IMG/VR virus record: IMGVR_UViG_3300003375_000038
Coordinates: 1-50,670 of that record
DNA length: 50,670 nucleotides
DNA from: a virus
Taxonomy: Duplodnaviria > Caudoviricetes
Direction: 5' to 3' (one strand)
Under the pieces are notes generated by a model, which made no database searches, was not told the DNA's origin, and saw nothing but the letters and a program-made list of their open reading frames with translations. Positions 38,754 to 47,968 of the stretch are shown piece by piece. Positions within the stretch are counted from its first letter, which is position 1. Each line of letters opens with the position of its first letter. The position numbers and the translations under genes were made by a program.

Positions 38754-39017
38754 ATGGATTCTATACAAAAAATGATTACAGGTGTTTATATAGATTTAGA
38801 TAAAATAGTTGCTATAACACCATTAATTAATAGAGATACTTTTTACGATTGTTTAATTCATTTTCAATTAATGAGTGAACCATTAAAAATAGATTTATTT
38901 GATGTTTTTAAACCAGATGAAACAGGGTATGGAGTTAGACTATCAGAACAAGAAAGGAAGGAAGAATACAATAAAATAATTAATTTGTGGATGGATTATA
39001 AAAAAAGTAAATTATGA
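38754..39017 (+). CDS. hypothetical protein
   Basis: ATG 38754 follows the upstream stop; YIDLDKIVAI. Confidence 0.65.
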   Translation: MDSIQKMITGVYIDLDKIVAITPLINRDTFYDCLIHFQLMSEPLKIDLFDVFKPDETGYGVRLSEQERKEEYNKIINLWMDYKKSKL

Positions 39018-39649
39018 TGTTACCATTTCAAGATTTAATTAGTAGGTACAATTTAAAAATAAACGGGGTTTTACACTTAGGGGCTAATGAGGGGCAAGAA
39101 AGATTTTTATATAATGATTTAATAGACGGTGAAATATTATGGGTAGAAGCTATCCCATTTGTATTTGATAAATTAAAAGAAAATATAGAATCATTTAAAA
39201 AACAAACAGCCATAAAAGCATGTGTTAGTGATGTTGATGGTAAGGTCGTTGTATTTAATATTTCAGATAATGAAGCACAAAGCAGTTCAATGTTAGAGTT
39301 TGGGGTACATGAACAAATACACCCCAATGTACATTTTATAGATTGCATTACTTTAACTACTATTAGATTAGATACATTATTTAATTTATTAGAAAGAGAT
39401 ATTAGTAAAATAAATTTTCTTAACCTTGATTTACAAGGGGCTGAATTACTTGCCTTAAAAGGGATGGGTAAATTAATTAATCAGTTTGATTATGTACTAA
39501 CAGAGATTAATGCAGTTCATACTTATAAAAATTGTGCATTGGTGGGTGAAATAGATGAATTTTTAAATGAATTTACAAGAGTAGAAACGGGCGAGTTAGT
39601 AGGCGGGGCGTGGTCTGATGCATTATACATAAAGTCAAGTTTATTATGA
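39014..39649 (+). CDS. FkbM family methyltransferase
   Basis: LHLGANEG, WVEA, SSS, LNLDLQGAELLALKG. Confidence 0.88.
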   Translation: MMLPFQDLISRYNLKINGVLHLGANEGQERFLYNDLIDGEILWVEAIPFVFDKLKENIESFKKQTAIKACVSDVDGKVVVFNISDNEAQSSSMLEFGVHEQIHPNVHFIDCITLTTIRLDTLFNLLERDISKINFLNLDLQGAELLALKGMGKLINQFDYVLTEINAVHTYKNCALVGEIDEFLNEFTRVETGELVGGAWSDALYIKSSLL

Positions 39650-40464
39650 TTGAAGTACCTGAAATATTCAAACAAGAAATAAATACTATCTATCCTTATG
39701 AAAATTATATAATTTTTGAGGCATGGGTAGCATTAAAAAATTTACCTGAAACAAAAAGAGAATACCTACCAATTAATTTTACTTCATACTTTGTAAATAA
39801 TAAATACGGTACGGATAAGGAAGCATTACAAAGATTACAGAATTTTATAAATGAATTACCTACCGATAAAAAGTATTGGGCTATATGCCAATATGATGAT
39901 GGTATATTAGTAGATACTTCAAGAATAGATTTACTTGTATTTAATATGAGTAAAAAAACAGGAGTAGAAATGCCATTGCTTAATATGCCACATTCATATA
40001 AACATGACGGAGTAAAAAATATAATGGCTTCTTTTATAGGTTCACATACACACCCAATAAGAGAAAACGTATTTAGATTAAATGATAATATAGGGTATTA
40101 TATTTCAGATATACAACATGGAGTAGTTGATTTCTGTAAAGTATTAGCTAGTTCTGTATTTGGTTTATGCCCTAGAGGGTATGGGTTAAATAGCTTCCGT
40201 ATATGTGAATGTATGCAATATGGTACTATACCAGTTTATATTTCAGATAATTTTGTTAATTGTTTCGATATTGATTTCAGCGAATATGGTATATTAGTAC
40301 CCGAATCTGAAAGCCATGACATAGTAAGAATATTAAAAAGCTATACACCGCTACAAATAGTAGATATGCAAGATAAGATTTCAGAAGTTTATAAAGAATA
40401 TTATACATACGAAGGGGCTTTAAATAAAATATTAAAATATCTTGAAAGCGAACATAATTCATAG
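39646..40464 (+). CDS. exostosin-family (GT47-like) glycosyltransferase
   Basis: SSVFGLCPRGYGLNSFRICECMQYGTIPVYISD. Confidence 0.85.
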   Translation: MIEVPEIFKQEINTIYPYENYIIFEAWVALKNLPETKREYLPINFTSYFVNNKYGTDKEALQRLQNFINELPTDKKYWAICQYDDGILVDTSRIDLLVFNMSKKTGVEMPLLNMPHSYKHDGVKNIMASFIGSHTHPIRENVFRLNDNIGYYISDIQHGVVDFCKVLASSVFGLCPRGYGLNSFRICECMQYGTIPVYISDNFVNCFDIDFSEYGILVPESESHDIVRILKSYTPLQIVDMQDKISEVYKEYYTYEGALNKILKYLESEHNS

Positions 40465-41002
40465 TACTTCCCAACCTAATAGGTTGCCTATTCTATTAAA
40501 AGAATTAGAACAACAAGGTATTAAAAATTATGAAATTTGGGAAGGTAAACACGATATAAGTTCAGTAGCAAAGTCAATTAATTTATCACATAAGCAGATA
40601 ATTGAATATGCACATGTGGCAGAATGGGATGAAGTTCTTATTATGGAAGATGATATTAGATTTTGCGGGGAAGGTGCTTTTAATTATTTCCTAAATAACA
40701 AACCAATAGATTTTGATATATACTTAGGTGGTATTTATATTGGGGATATATCAGAAAATAATAAAGTAAAATATTTTACTGGATTTCATTGCTATATAGT
40801 TAGCCGAAAATTTTACCAAACATTCCTAAATACCCCGGATGAAGAACATATAGACGTTTCTTTAGCAAATTTGGGGGATTATTATGTTTCCAACCCATTT
40901 ACTTCCATCCAATATAACGGATTTAGCAGCAATACCCGCAAATCAGAAAACTACGATTTTTTACTGCAAAACAGGATTTTGTACAATAATTTTCAACTTT
41001 AG
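40442..41002 (+). CDS. glycosyltransferase family 25-like
   Basis: LSH, VLIMEDD, DIYLGG, HCYIVS, HID; TTG start. Confidence 0.8.
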   Translation: MKANIIHSTSQPNRLPILLKELEQQGIKNYEIWEGKHDISSVAKSINLSHKQIIEYAHVAEWDEVLIMEDDIRFCGEGAFNYFLNNKPIDFDIYLGGIYIGDISENNKVKYFTGFHCYIVSRKFYQTFLNTPDEEHIDVSLANLGDYYVSNPFTSIQYNGFSSNTRKSENYDFLLQNRILYNNFQL

Positions 41003-41080
41003 CAAATTTTTTTAGAATTTTAAGCGAATTTTAATAAAAAGACGTATTTTAGCGGTACGGTATTAAAATTGCCTTAAAAT

Positions 41081-43414
41081 TTGGCTTCATTAACTCAAAG
41101 TAATAACGGATACCCTTCAAGTTCATTAGACCCAAGAGAAAAGAATTTTGATTGGATACTCCAATATGTTAGGGCAGCTTGGCACGAAAGTCAAGGGCTG
41201 ATGCCTGCTATGTTTTATTTGGGGCAAAGTAAATTCCGTGAAATACGTCAATACGCACTAGGTAAGCAGTCAATTACCAAATACAAAAAGTTTCTTAATG
41301 TAGATGAAGTAGAGGATAAATCTTGGCAAAGTATTAACTGGGAAGTTCCATCATTCATAACAAAATACCGTGAAATAGCCATTTCTAAGCTATTACAGCG
41401 TGAATTTGATGTACAGGCTTATGCCATAGACCCATTAGCTAAAAGCGAAGAAGATAAGTACTTCAATGAGCAAAAGATTAGGATTCAAATGTATGAGGCT
41501 GCAAAAAAAGCCAACTCCCCGCTAGCAGATAGCCCAATATTAAAACCATCAGTAGGTGAGCCACAGGATGAAGAACAGTTGAATATTGAAATGGAATTTG
41601 GGTATAAGCACGTTATGTCAATGGAAGCAGAAGAAGCTATCCAATTAGTGCAGCAACAAAACCAAATAGACGAACTTAGAAAAAGGGTATGCGAAAATTT
41701 ATTCGATTACGGCATAGGTGGATATACAACTTTTATTGATGAAAATGGGATGTGTAAGTTCCGGGAAGTTTGCCCTGAAAATCTTATCCTTTCCCGTTGT
41801 TCAAAAAATGACTTTTCTGATTTAGTACATTGGGGGGAAGTGATAGAGGTAAGAGTAGCGGATTTAGTGCCATTCTTTACCAAAGAACAGTTAGATGATA
41901 TTTGTACCAATGTAGCAGGTAAATTTGGTAACCCCGCTAACCTTAATATATCCACCGCTTTATATAATCAAGGATGGAATAGGTTTAAAGTATTAGTATG
42001 TGATTTTAAGTTTTTAAACTGGAATGAAACAGTTTATAAAAATGAAGTAGATGGAAGGGGTAATAAAAGGTTTGTAAAAAGCGATTATAAAAATAAGCAA
42101 TTCATTAAGGGTAATATAGTAGAAGAATATAACCAACCATTGGCAGATACAATGGGGGATATGGAACAAGGGGAATCTACTCCTAAATATATGACTATTA
42201 CCAAAGAAGTCGTATATAAAACAAAATGGCTTATAGGTACAGGTTATATGTACGATTATGGTTTGTCTGAAAATATGAGCCGTAAAAAATCTTCATGGTG
42301 GAAAACTTCATTAGATATTCAATTATATGCTTGGAATTTCTATGATATGATGTACACAGGTATTACCGAAAGGTTAATGCCATTGGAAGATGATGCTTGT
42401 TTGACTTGGTTTAAATTACAAAACCTTTCAGCTAAATTAATACCATACTTAATTAATATTGATTTTAATTCAGTAGAATCGGTAGCTTTTGGTGCAGGGG
42501 GTGGTAAAATGAAGCCAAAAGAAGTAATGGACTTCATATTTTCAAACTTTGTCGTACCATATAGAAGTACTGATTTATTAAGTAAAAATCCTAACTATAA
42601 ACCCGTAACTATTGAGGCTACGGGGCAATTAGAGGCTTTCGGGCAGTTATATGAAAAGCTAAATAATACTATCGAATTAATGCGTCAAATTTCAGGATTA
42701 AATGAATTGACGGATGGTAGTACTCCTAACGCAAAAACACTTGTACCAGTAGCAGATGCAGCAATGCAAAGTACCAATAATGCGCTATATCTTTTATCAA
42801 ATGCAGAAAAAAGATTAATGCTTATGCTATCTGATTCTATTATACAAAAAGTGCAGATAGCGGTTAAATTAGGAAAAGTAGAAGGGTATGCAAAAGCACT
42901 AGGGGCGCAATCAGTTAAATTCTTGCAAATTAATCCTGATATAGCATTGTATGAGTTGGGAATATTTGTAGAAGATGCGCCTACGAAAGAAGAAAGGGCA
43001 GCATTATGGCAAGAAGTAAGCGTTAAAGAATCACAAGGTTTACTAAGTGTAGCAGATAAGATAATGGTAATGAGTTGCAGAAACTTAAAACAGGCTGCAC
43101 TTTTATTAGATTATAAGATTAAAAAGAATAAAGAGCAAGCACAGCAAAACCAATTACAATTAGCACAGCAACAAGCGCAAGGTAATGCACAGGCTTCAAT
43201 AGCAATAGAGCAAGCAAAACAGCAAACTATACAAATGCAAGGTCAAATAGACTTAGCTAAAATAGATGCACAAGGAAGATGGGTTTATATGACCGAAGCA
43301 ATGAAAAAGCAAAGCGACCAAACGGAAGCACATATTCAAAGCGATGCGAAAATAATTTCAAATCAAATAATGGCTGATGCTAAAAAAGAAGCAAGCCTAC
43401 AAAAAACAGCTTAA
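41081..43414 (+). CDS. portal protein
   Basis: 777 aa between terL and scaffold/MCP; RQYALGKQS..KYK, AIDP, ISGLNE..DGSTP, Q-rich C-terminal barrel; TTG start. Confidence 0.88.
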   Translation: MASLTQSNNGYPSSSLDPREKNFDWILQYVRAAWHESQGLMPAMFYLGQSKFREIRQYALGKQSITKYKKFLNVDEVEDKSWQSINWEVPSFITKYREIAISKLLQREFDVQAYAIDPLAKSEEDKYFNEQKIRIQMYEAAKKANSPLADSPILKPSVGEPQDEEQLNIEMEFGYKHVMSMEAEEAIQLVQQQNQIDELRKRVCENLFDYGIGGYTTFIDENGMCKFREVCPENLILSRCSKNDFSDLVHWGEVIEVRVADLVPFFTKEQLDDICTNVAGKFGNPANLNISTALYNQGWNRFKVLVCDFKFLNWNETVYKNEVDGRGNKRFVKSDYKNKQFIKGNIVEEYNQPLADTMGDMEQGESTPKYMTITKEVVYKTKWLIGTGYMYDYGLSENMSRKKSSWWKTSLDIQLYAWNFYDMMYTGITERLMPLEDDACLTWFKLQNLSAKLIPYLINIDFNSVESVAFGAGGGKMKPKEVMDFIFSNFVVPYRSTDLLSKNPNYKPVTIEATGQLEAFGQLYEKLNNTIELMRQISGLNELTDGSTPNAKTLVPVADAAMQSTNNALYLLSNAEKRLMLMLSDSIIQKVQIAVKLGKVEGYAKALGAQSVKFLQINPDIALYELGIFVEDAPTKEERAALWQEVSVKESQGLLSVADKIMVMSCRNLKQAALLLDYKIKKNKEQAQQNQLQLAQQQAQGNAQASIAIEQAKQQTIQMQGQIDLAKIDAQGRWVYMTEAMKKQSDQTEAHIQSDAKIISNQIMADAKKEASLQKTA

Positions 43415-43428
43415 CGAAAACAAACTTT

Positions 43429-44523
43429 ATGGCTAAAATTTCTAAACTTTCAGACTTTAATGAATCAGTAGAAACACCAACGATTGAACAACCAATAGTA
43501 GATAATCCTATTGAAACTTCAAATACAAAGGTGGATGAAAGCGGTAAATTAGAAGAAAAAACAGAAACACCAATTACCGATACCAACGCAAGTAAAACCG
43601 TTGAAGAAACTAATCAATCTTCATTTGAATTACCTAGTTATGAAGATGAAGCAGAAGGTAAAACTGAAACGCCAAATAAAACAATAGAAGAAAAAGTAAC
43701 AGATTGGAGAGAAGCTATCAAGAAAGCAGATAAGAAAGAATTATTTAAAGAATTAGGGTTAGATGACTTTGCCTTAGAACTTAATGAACACTTAAAAAAC
43801 GGTGGTAACGCAATAGATTATCTAAATGCTAAAGCAGTAGATTGGGCTAAAGTCCCTGATACAGAAGTGGTAATGTCTGAACTTAAAAAAGAATATCCAG
43901 ATGCTACTAACGCACAATTAGAAAGACTATTTAATAAAAAATATAGTCAAACTGAAATAGCAGATGAAGAAGATAAAGAAGATGGGTTGTTATTGATGAA
44001 ATCAGATGCTAGAAAATTAAGAGAAAAAAAGATTGCTGAACAACAATCTTTCAAAATACCAGAACCAAAGAAAATCGAACAAGTCGATAATTCTGCGGAA
44101 CTACAACAAGCTGCGGAAGCCGCCAGACAACAAGCAGAAATAGCTAACCAGTTTTACGCTAATCACGAAGCTACTAAAAGCCTTCTATCAAGCAAGAGAG
44201 TTGCAGTAGATTTAGGCGAATCAGGAAGTTTCAATTTTAACGTAGATAAGCCGGAAGTTATTATGAGGGCTATTACGGATGGTAATGTATGGCAGAAAAT
44301 GATTGTTACACCACAGGGAGAGCCTGATGTACAAAAACTGCAACAACTAGCACTATTCGCTGCAAACCCTAAAAAGTTTGTTTCCGACCTTGTAAATTAT
44401 GGTAAATCATTGGGTGTAGAAAGTTTAGTTAAAGAAGGACAAAATGCGAAAAAGCCTAGTGGTTCTTTAACAACTCAAACCGATGTTAAGCCAACGTATA
44501 AGGCAGGTAAGTTTGGTGGATAA
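43429..44523 (+). CDS. putative scaffolding protein
   Basis: Acidic disordered N-terminus, helical; directly upstream of the MCP. Confidence 0.7.
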   Translation: MAKISKLSDFNESVETPTIEQPIVDNPIETSNTKVDESGKLEEKTETPITDTNASKTVEETNQSSFELPSYEDEAEGKTETPNKTIEEKVTDWREAIKKADKKELFKELGLDDFALELNEHLKNGGNAIDYLNAKAVDWAKVPDTEVVMSELKKEYPDATNAQLERLFNKKYSQTEIADEEDKEDGLLLMKSDARKLREKKIAEQQSFKIPEPKKIEQVDNSAELQQAAEAARQQAEIANQFYANHEATKSLLSSKRVAVDLGESGSFNFNVDKPEVIMRAITDGNVWQKMIVTPQGEPDVQKLQQLALFAANPKKFVSDLVNYGKSLGVESLVKEGQNAKKPSGSLTTQTDVKPTYKAGKFGG

Positions 44524-44558
44524 GCAAAACAATTATTCACAAATTAAATCTTTAAAAA

Positions 44559-45908
44559 ATGGCATCTATAGGTATAATTAATAAGTCGTACGTCTCTGCC
44601 CTTGACCCATTTCTTGATACACGGGAAATTAACAGGTTAATCACAGACGTTTATAATGAAGATGAACTAACAGATATTTTGGGTTTTGCAGACCGCAAAA
44701 TGCCAACTATCCAACCTTTCTACAATACTTTCATTGATGAAAGTTTGTTTAAATTGTTAGATACATCACAAGGTTCTGTAACAGGTAGTGGTACTACACA
44801 AGTTACTGTACAATTAACAGCAGCTACTTCAGGTTATACAAGATTGAACGACCTTATCATGTTTGTAAATGATAATACAGGTATCGTTAGTTCTGTAACT
44901 ACAACTTCTGGATTAGATACCGTTGTTATTAAATCAGTATCAGGTGCAAACCTTACTTGTACACAGAATGACTTGCTTTCTAGCTACTCAATGGCTGTAG
45001 GTGAGAACTCAACAACCCCTTTGAACCTTCGTTATGGGGTTACAAGATACTTCAATAAGATTCAGATTTTCCGTGAAACTTCAAAAATTACGGATATTCA
45101 AAACTCTGCAACTATCGAAGTAGATTTTCAAGGTCAAAACAAGTATATCTTCAAAGACCATTGGGAAAAAACAGTTAAACTGAAAGGTAATATCAATGCT
45201 GCCTTTTGGGGTGGTGATATGAGTGTTACTTCATTTAGTGATACTAACCCTGTACTTACTGACCCTAACACTATCGTTAGTTCAGATACAGGTGGGGGCG
45301 GTGCAATCCAAACAACTAGAGGGGTAAACAAATACATTGAACTATACGGTAATAGTTTAGTAGATGGTACTTTGGGTACTTTCCAAAAAGCTGACTTGGA
45401 TAACGCACAAGATACCCTTATCTCTGTTCGTGCGCCTAAAGACTACTTAATCGTAGGTTCTTCTAAAGCACTTAGAGCAACTGATACCTATTACAAAAAC
45501 TTAGGTAGTTCAGGGGTAAACTCTGTACGTTTGGTTATTGATGGCAAAGAAATGGACTTAACCGTAAATAAAGTAACATACGGTGGTTTTGATTTCAATT
45601 ATATGAGTATGCCTATTCTTGACCATCCTGTATTGTTTGCAAAAACAGTAATTGCAAAATCACTTTACTACCTGCCTTATAACAATAAGGTTAAAGTAGA
45701 AGGTGGTGGTAGTGATGCTCAAATCAGAGTTAGGTACTTCCCTAAACAAACAATCTATGGTAATGACCTTATCAATGAAATTCATGGTGGTGGTTTCTCT
45801 ACCGTTAATCCAAACGGTAACACCGCTAACATGACAACTGATTGGGTAACTTATCAAGGTCTTGAGTGTTTGGGTGTTCAGCACTTCTTACGTCAACAAG
45901 TAGTGTAA
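44559..45908 (+). CDS. major capsid protein
   Basis: 449 aa; AVGENS, NKIQIFRE..ITD, TTRG; biased codon use; followed by a strong hairpin. Confidence 0.88.
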   Translation: MASIGIINKSYVSALDPFLDTREINRLITDVYNEDELTDILGFADRKMPTIQPFYNTFIDESLFKLLDTSQGSVTGSGTTQVTVQLTAATSGYTRLNDLIMFVNDNTGIVSSVTTTSGLDTVVIKSVSGANLTCTQNDLLSSYSMAVGENSTTPLNLRYGVTRYFNKIQIFRETSKITDIQNSATIEVDFQGQNKYIFKDHWEKTVKLKGNINAAFWGGDMSVTSFSDTNPVLTDPNTIVSSDTGGGGAIQTTRGVNKYIELYGNSLVDGTLGTFQKADLDNAQDTLISVRAPKDYLIVGSSKALRATDTYYKNLGSSGVNSVRLVIDGKEMDLTVNKVTYGGFDFNYMSMPILDHPVLFAKTVIAKSLYYLPYNNKVKVEGGGSDAQIRVRYFPKQTIYGNDLINEIHGGGFSTVNPNGNTANMTTDWVTYQGLECLGVQHFLRQQVV

Positions 45909-45923
45909 TAGTTAGTTTCTTAC

Positions 45924-45954
45924 AGGTAGGCTGCACTATGCAGCCTACCTTCTT
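45924..45954 (+). terminator. hairpin/terminator after MCP
   Basis: Perfect 12-bp stem AGGTAGGCTGCA-CTA-TGCAGCCTACCT with a weak U tract. Confidence 0.7.
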
Positions 45955-45972
45955 AACTATAAAAATTAAAAA

Positions 45973-46869
45973 ATGAAAGTTGTAGGTAATTTCAACAAAA
46001 TTTCAGACAAATTAAAATCTGAAATCCCGGTCTTAAAACCAGACCAAATTGTAACAGTAGAAATGTTACATGGTATTCCTAACCCTAGCCCCGATGAAAA
46101 AGAAAAAAGGGAAAATCCACTATTATACGGGAAAAGGCAAATACCAACAAGCGATAGAATATTTGACCCCTATCTAACAGATAGTGCGGGTAATGTAGTA
46201 GGTGATTACGTTGATATTGGTGTAATAGATTCAGTAGATGCTAACGGTGTACCTACTTACCATTTCTTATTTCCGGGGATGGGTATGCAAAGATTTAACG
46301 GAAAATTTTCATTGAAGGGTGGGGCTATGCCTGATACAGAAATATATGAATTTTTGTGTCTATCCAATATGAATAAAGGTAATAAAAATAGAAATTCAAA
46401 CGTAGAACCATTGTTCCGTTTTGTAGATATAGTTGCAGATAGTAAAAATGCTATTCAGAAAGTAGATATTTTAAGAGATGCTTTACAGAAAGCAGCTAAT
46501 ATTTCAGATGAATCAGCTAAAGAATTTTCGGCATCATTAAACTGGTCTGAAACAGAAATACTTGCTATTAAAGGTAAGGTATTGGTATTTGCAAAAGATA
46601 ATCCCGATAACTTCCTTAAAGTATATAATGACCCTAGTACCAAAATAAAAGCATCTATTAAATTAGCTATGGATAGTGGTGTAATAGATTATGATATACC
46701 AACTAAAACATTGAAAATGGGTGATACTGTTTTAGCTACTATTGAACGTTCAAATGACCAATTACAAAGTATTTACGATTGGACTCAAACAGCTAAAAAC
46801 GGTAAATCAACACTTGAATCAATTACTAATCAATTAGCTAAATTAAAAGAAGAACCTGAATTAGTATAA
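45973..46869 (+). CDS. hypothetical protein downstream of MCP
   Basis: 298 aa; YEFL...N..N.NR....LF; position only. Confidence 0.75.
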   Translation: MKVVGNFNKISDKLKSEIPVLKPDQIVTVEMLHGIPNPSPDEKEKRENPLLYGKRQIPTSDRIFDPYLTDSAGNVVGDYVDIGVIDSVDANGVPTYHFLFPGMGMQRFNGKFSLKGGAMPDTEIYEFLCLSNMNKGNKNRNSNVEPLFRFVDIVADSKNAIQKVDILRDALQKAANISDESAKEFSASLNWSETEILAIKGKVLVFAKDNPDNFLKVYNDPSTKIKASIKLAMDSGVIDYDIPTKTLKMGDTVLATIERSNDQLQSIYDWTQTAKNGKSTLESITNQLAKLKEEPELV

Positions 46870-46875
46870 CAATAT

Positions 46876-46906
46876 GGTGGGGGTTATAATGACCCCCGCT
46901 ACTTTA
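46876..46906 (+). terminator. hairpin/terminator
   Basis: GGTGGGGGTTA-TAA-TGACCCCCGCT with GU pairs, then ACTTT. Confidence 0.55.
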
Positions 46907-46918
46907 AAATTAAATAAT

Positions 46919-47440
46919 ATGTCATTCTCTCCTTCTTTTTCAGTAAGCCAAAGCACAGCTAATTTAGCTTTATTGACAGTAACAGATACATCTACGGGGT
47001 CAGATGGTACTATAACTCAAAGACGCATTTATTTACAAGAAGCGAGTGGAACATATTTAGTGCCAACGGGAACAAGTACAAGCTATATCAATTATCCATT
47101 GTCAGGTGGGGCAAGCCTTACTTCATCTGTTTTAGATAAAGATTATGCTTTAAATATCACAGTTCAATGGCTAGATGTAAGTAATGATGTATTATATACA
47201 TCTACGGGGTTATATTGTTTTAATGCTTACGGAGAATCTTATTTGTATCAATTAACGCAATACCAAACATCTAATCCATCATTAGTTTCTAATTCTACTT
47301 TTTATCTTAACAAGATGAAATTAAGAACATTTATGGATGATGCAGTTCAGGCAGTTAGTTCTTTCGGGGATATTTATTCTGCTCAATCCGCTTTATCAGA
47401 TGGGTACTTTTTAATTAATAACCCTACAACATTTTTTTAA
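46919..47440 (+). CDS. virion structural protein (Ig-like N-terminus, helical C-terminus; fibre-anchor candidate)
   Basis: TVTDTSTGSD..ITQRRIY; start reassigned to ATG 46919, after the hairpin. Confidence 0.65.
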   Translation: MSFSPSFSVSQSTANLALLTVTDTSTGSDGTITQRRIYLQEASGTYLVPTGTSTSYINYPLSGGASLTSSVLDKDYALNITVQWLDVSNDVLYTSTGLYCFNAYGESYLYQLTQYQTSNPSLVSNSTFYLNKMKLRTFMDDAVQAVSSFGDIYSAQSALSDGYFLINNPTTFF

Positions 47441-47968
47441 ATGCTATCTACTTCAACAATAATACAGTATGCTAAAATAAGCCAATACCTAGCTGCAAAT
47501 GCTATAAAAAGGGGTATTGAACAAGATACTTTATTAGCAAATAAAATATACACCGAAAGAATATCTGTACAATGGGATTATACTAATAACCCAACCGATA
47601 CAACATTAGTAGAAACAGGGAACTATTTAATAGCATTATGTGGGGCTTATTTCATAACTGCACAAGGGATAAGTGGTTCAGGCGGTTCAGTAGTAAATCC
47701 TTCAGCACCTTCCGCAAATATACCATACCAATTAAATATAACTATTACAGCAGGTCAATCAGGGGTACAAACATATACTAACACCGCATTAATAGGGGCT
47801 ACTGCACCTAGCACAATATTTATTAACCAAAGTACTTTCCAATTATGGGATGGAACTACGGGGGAATATACGTTTAACTCTACCATAGGTCAATTAAACT
47901 TTAGCATAGGCGGATATACATTACAGACAAACGATAAACTAACTGGAACATTTTATAAAACTTCGTAG
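47441..47968 (+). CDS. virion structural protein
   Basis: Helical N-terminus, GSGG linker, beta C-terminus YTFNSTIGQLNF...LQTNDKL. Confidence 0.65.
   Translation: MLSTSTIIQYAKISQYLAANAIKRGIEQDTLLANKIYTERISVQWDYTNNPTDTTLVETGNYLIALCGAYFITAQGISGSGGSVVNPSAPSANIPYQLNITITAGQSGVQTYTNTALIGATAPSTIFINQSTFQLWDGTTGEYTFNSTIGQLNFSIGGYTLQTNDKLTGTFYKTS

Noticed and set aside
33878-41002. DNA hypermodification (base glycosylation) cluster
   Set aside because: No hydroxymethylase, TET/JBP or nucleotide kinase in the window; the GT families and location fit surface glycans better. Not excluded for the rest of the genome.
46874-46918. ORF-track start MVGVIMTP for the 188-aa gene
   Set aside because: Overlaps a terminator-like hairpin; ATG 46919, after an AT-rich leader, is more plausible.
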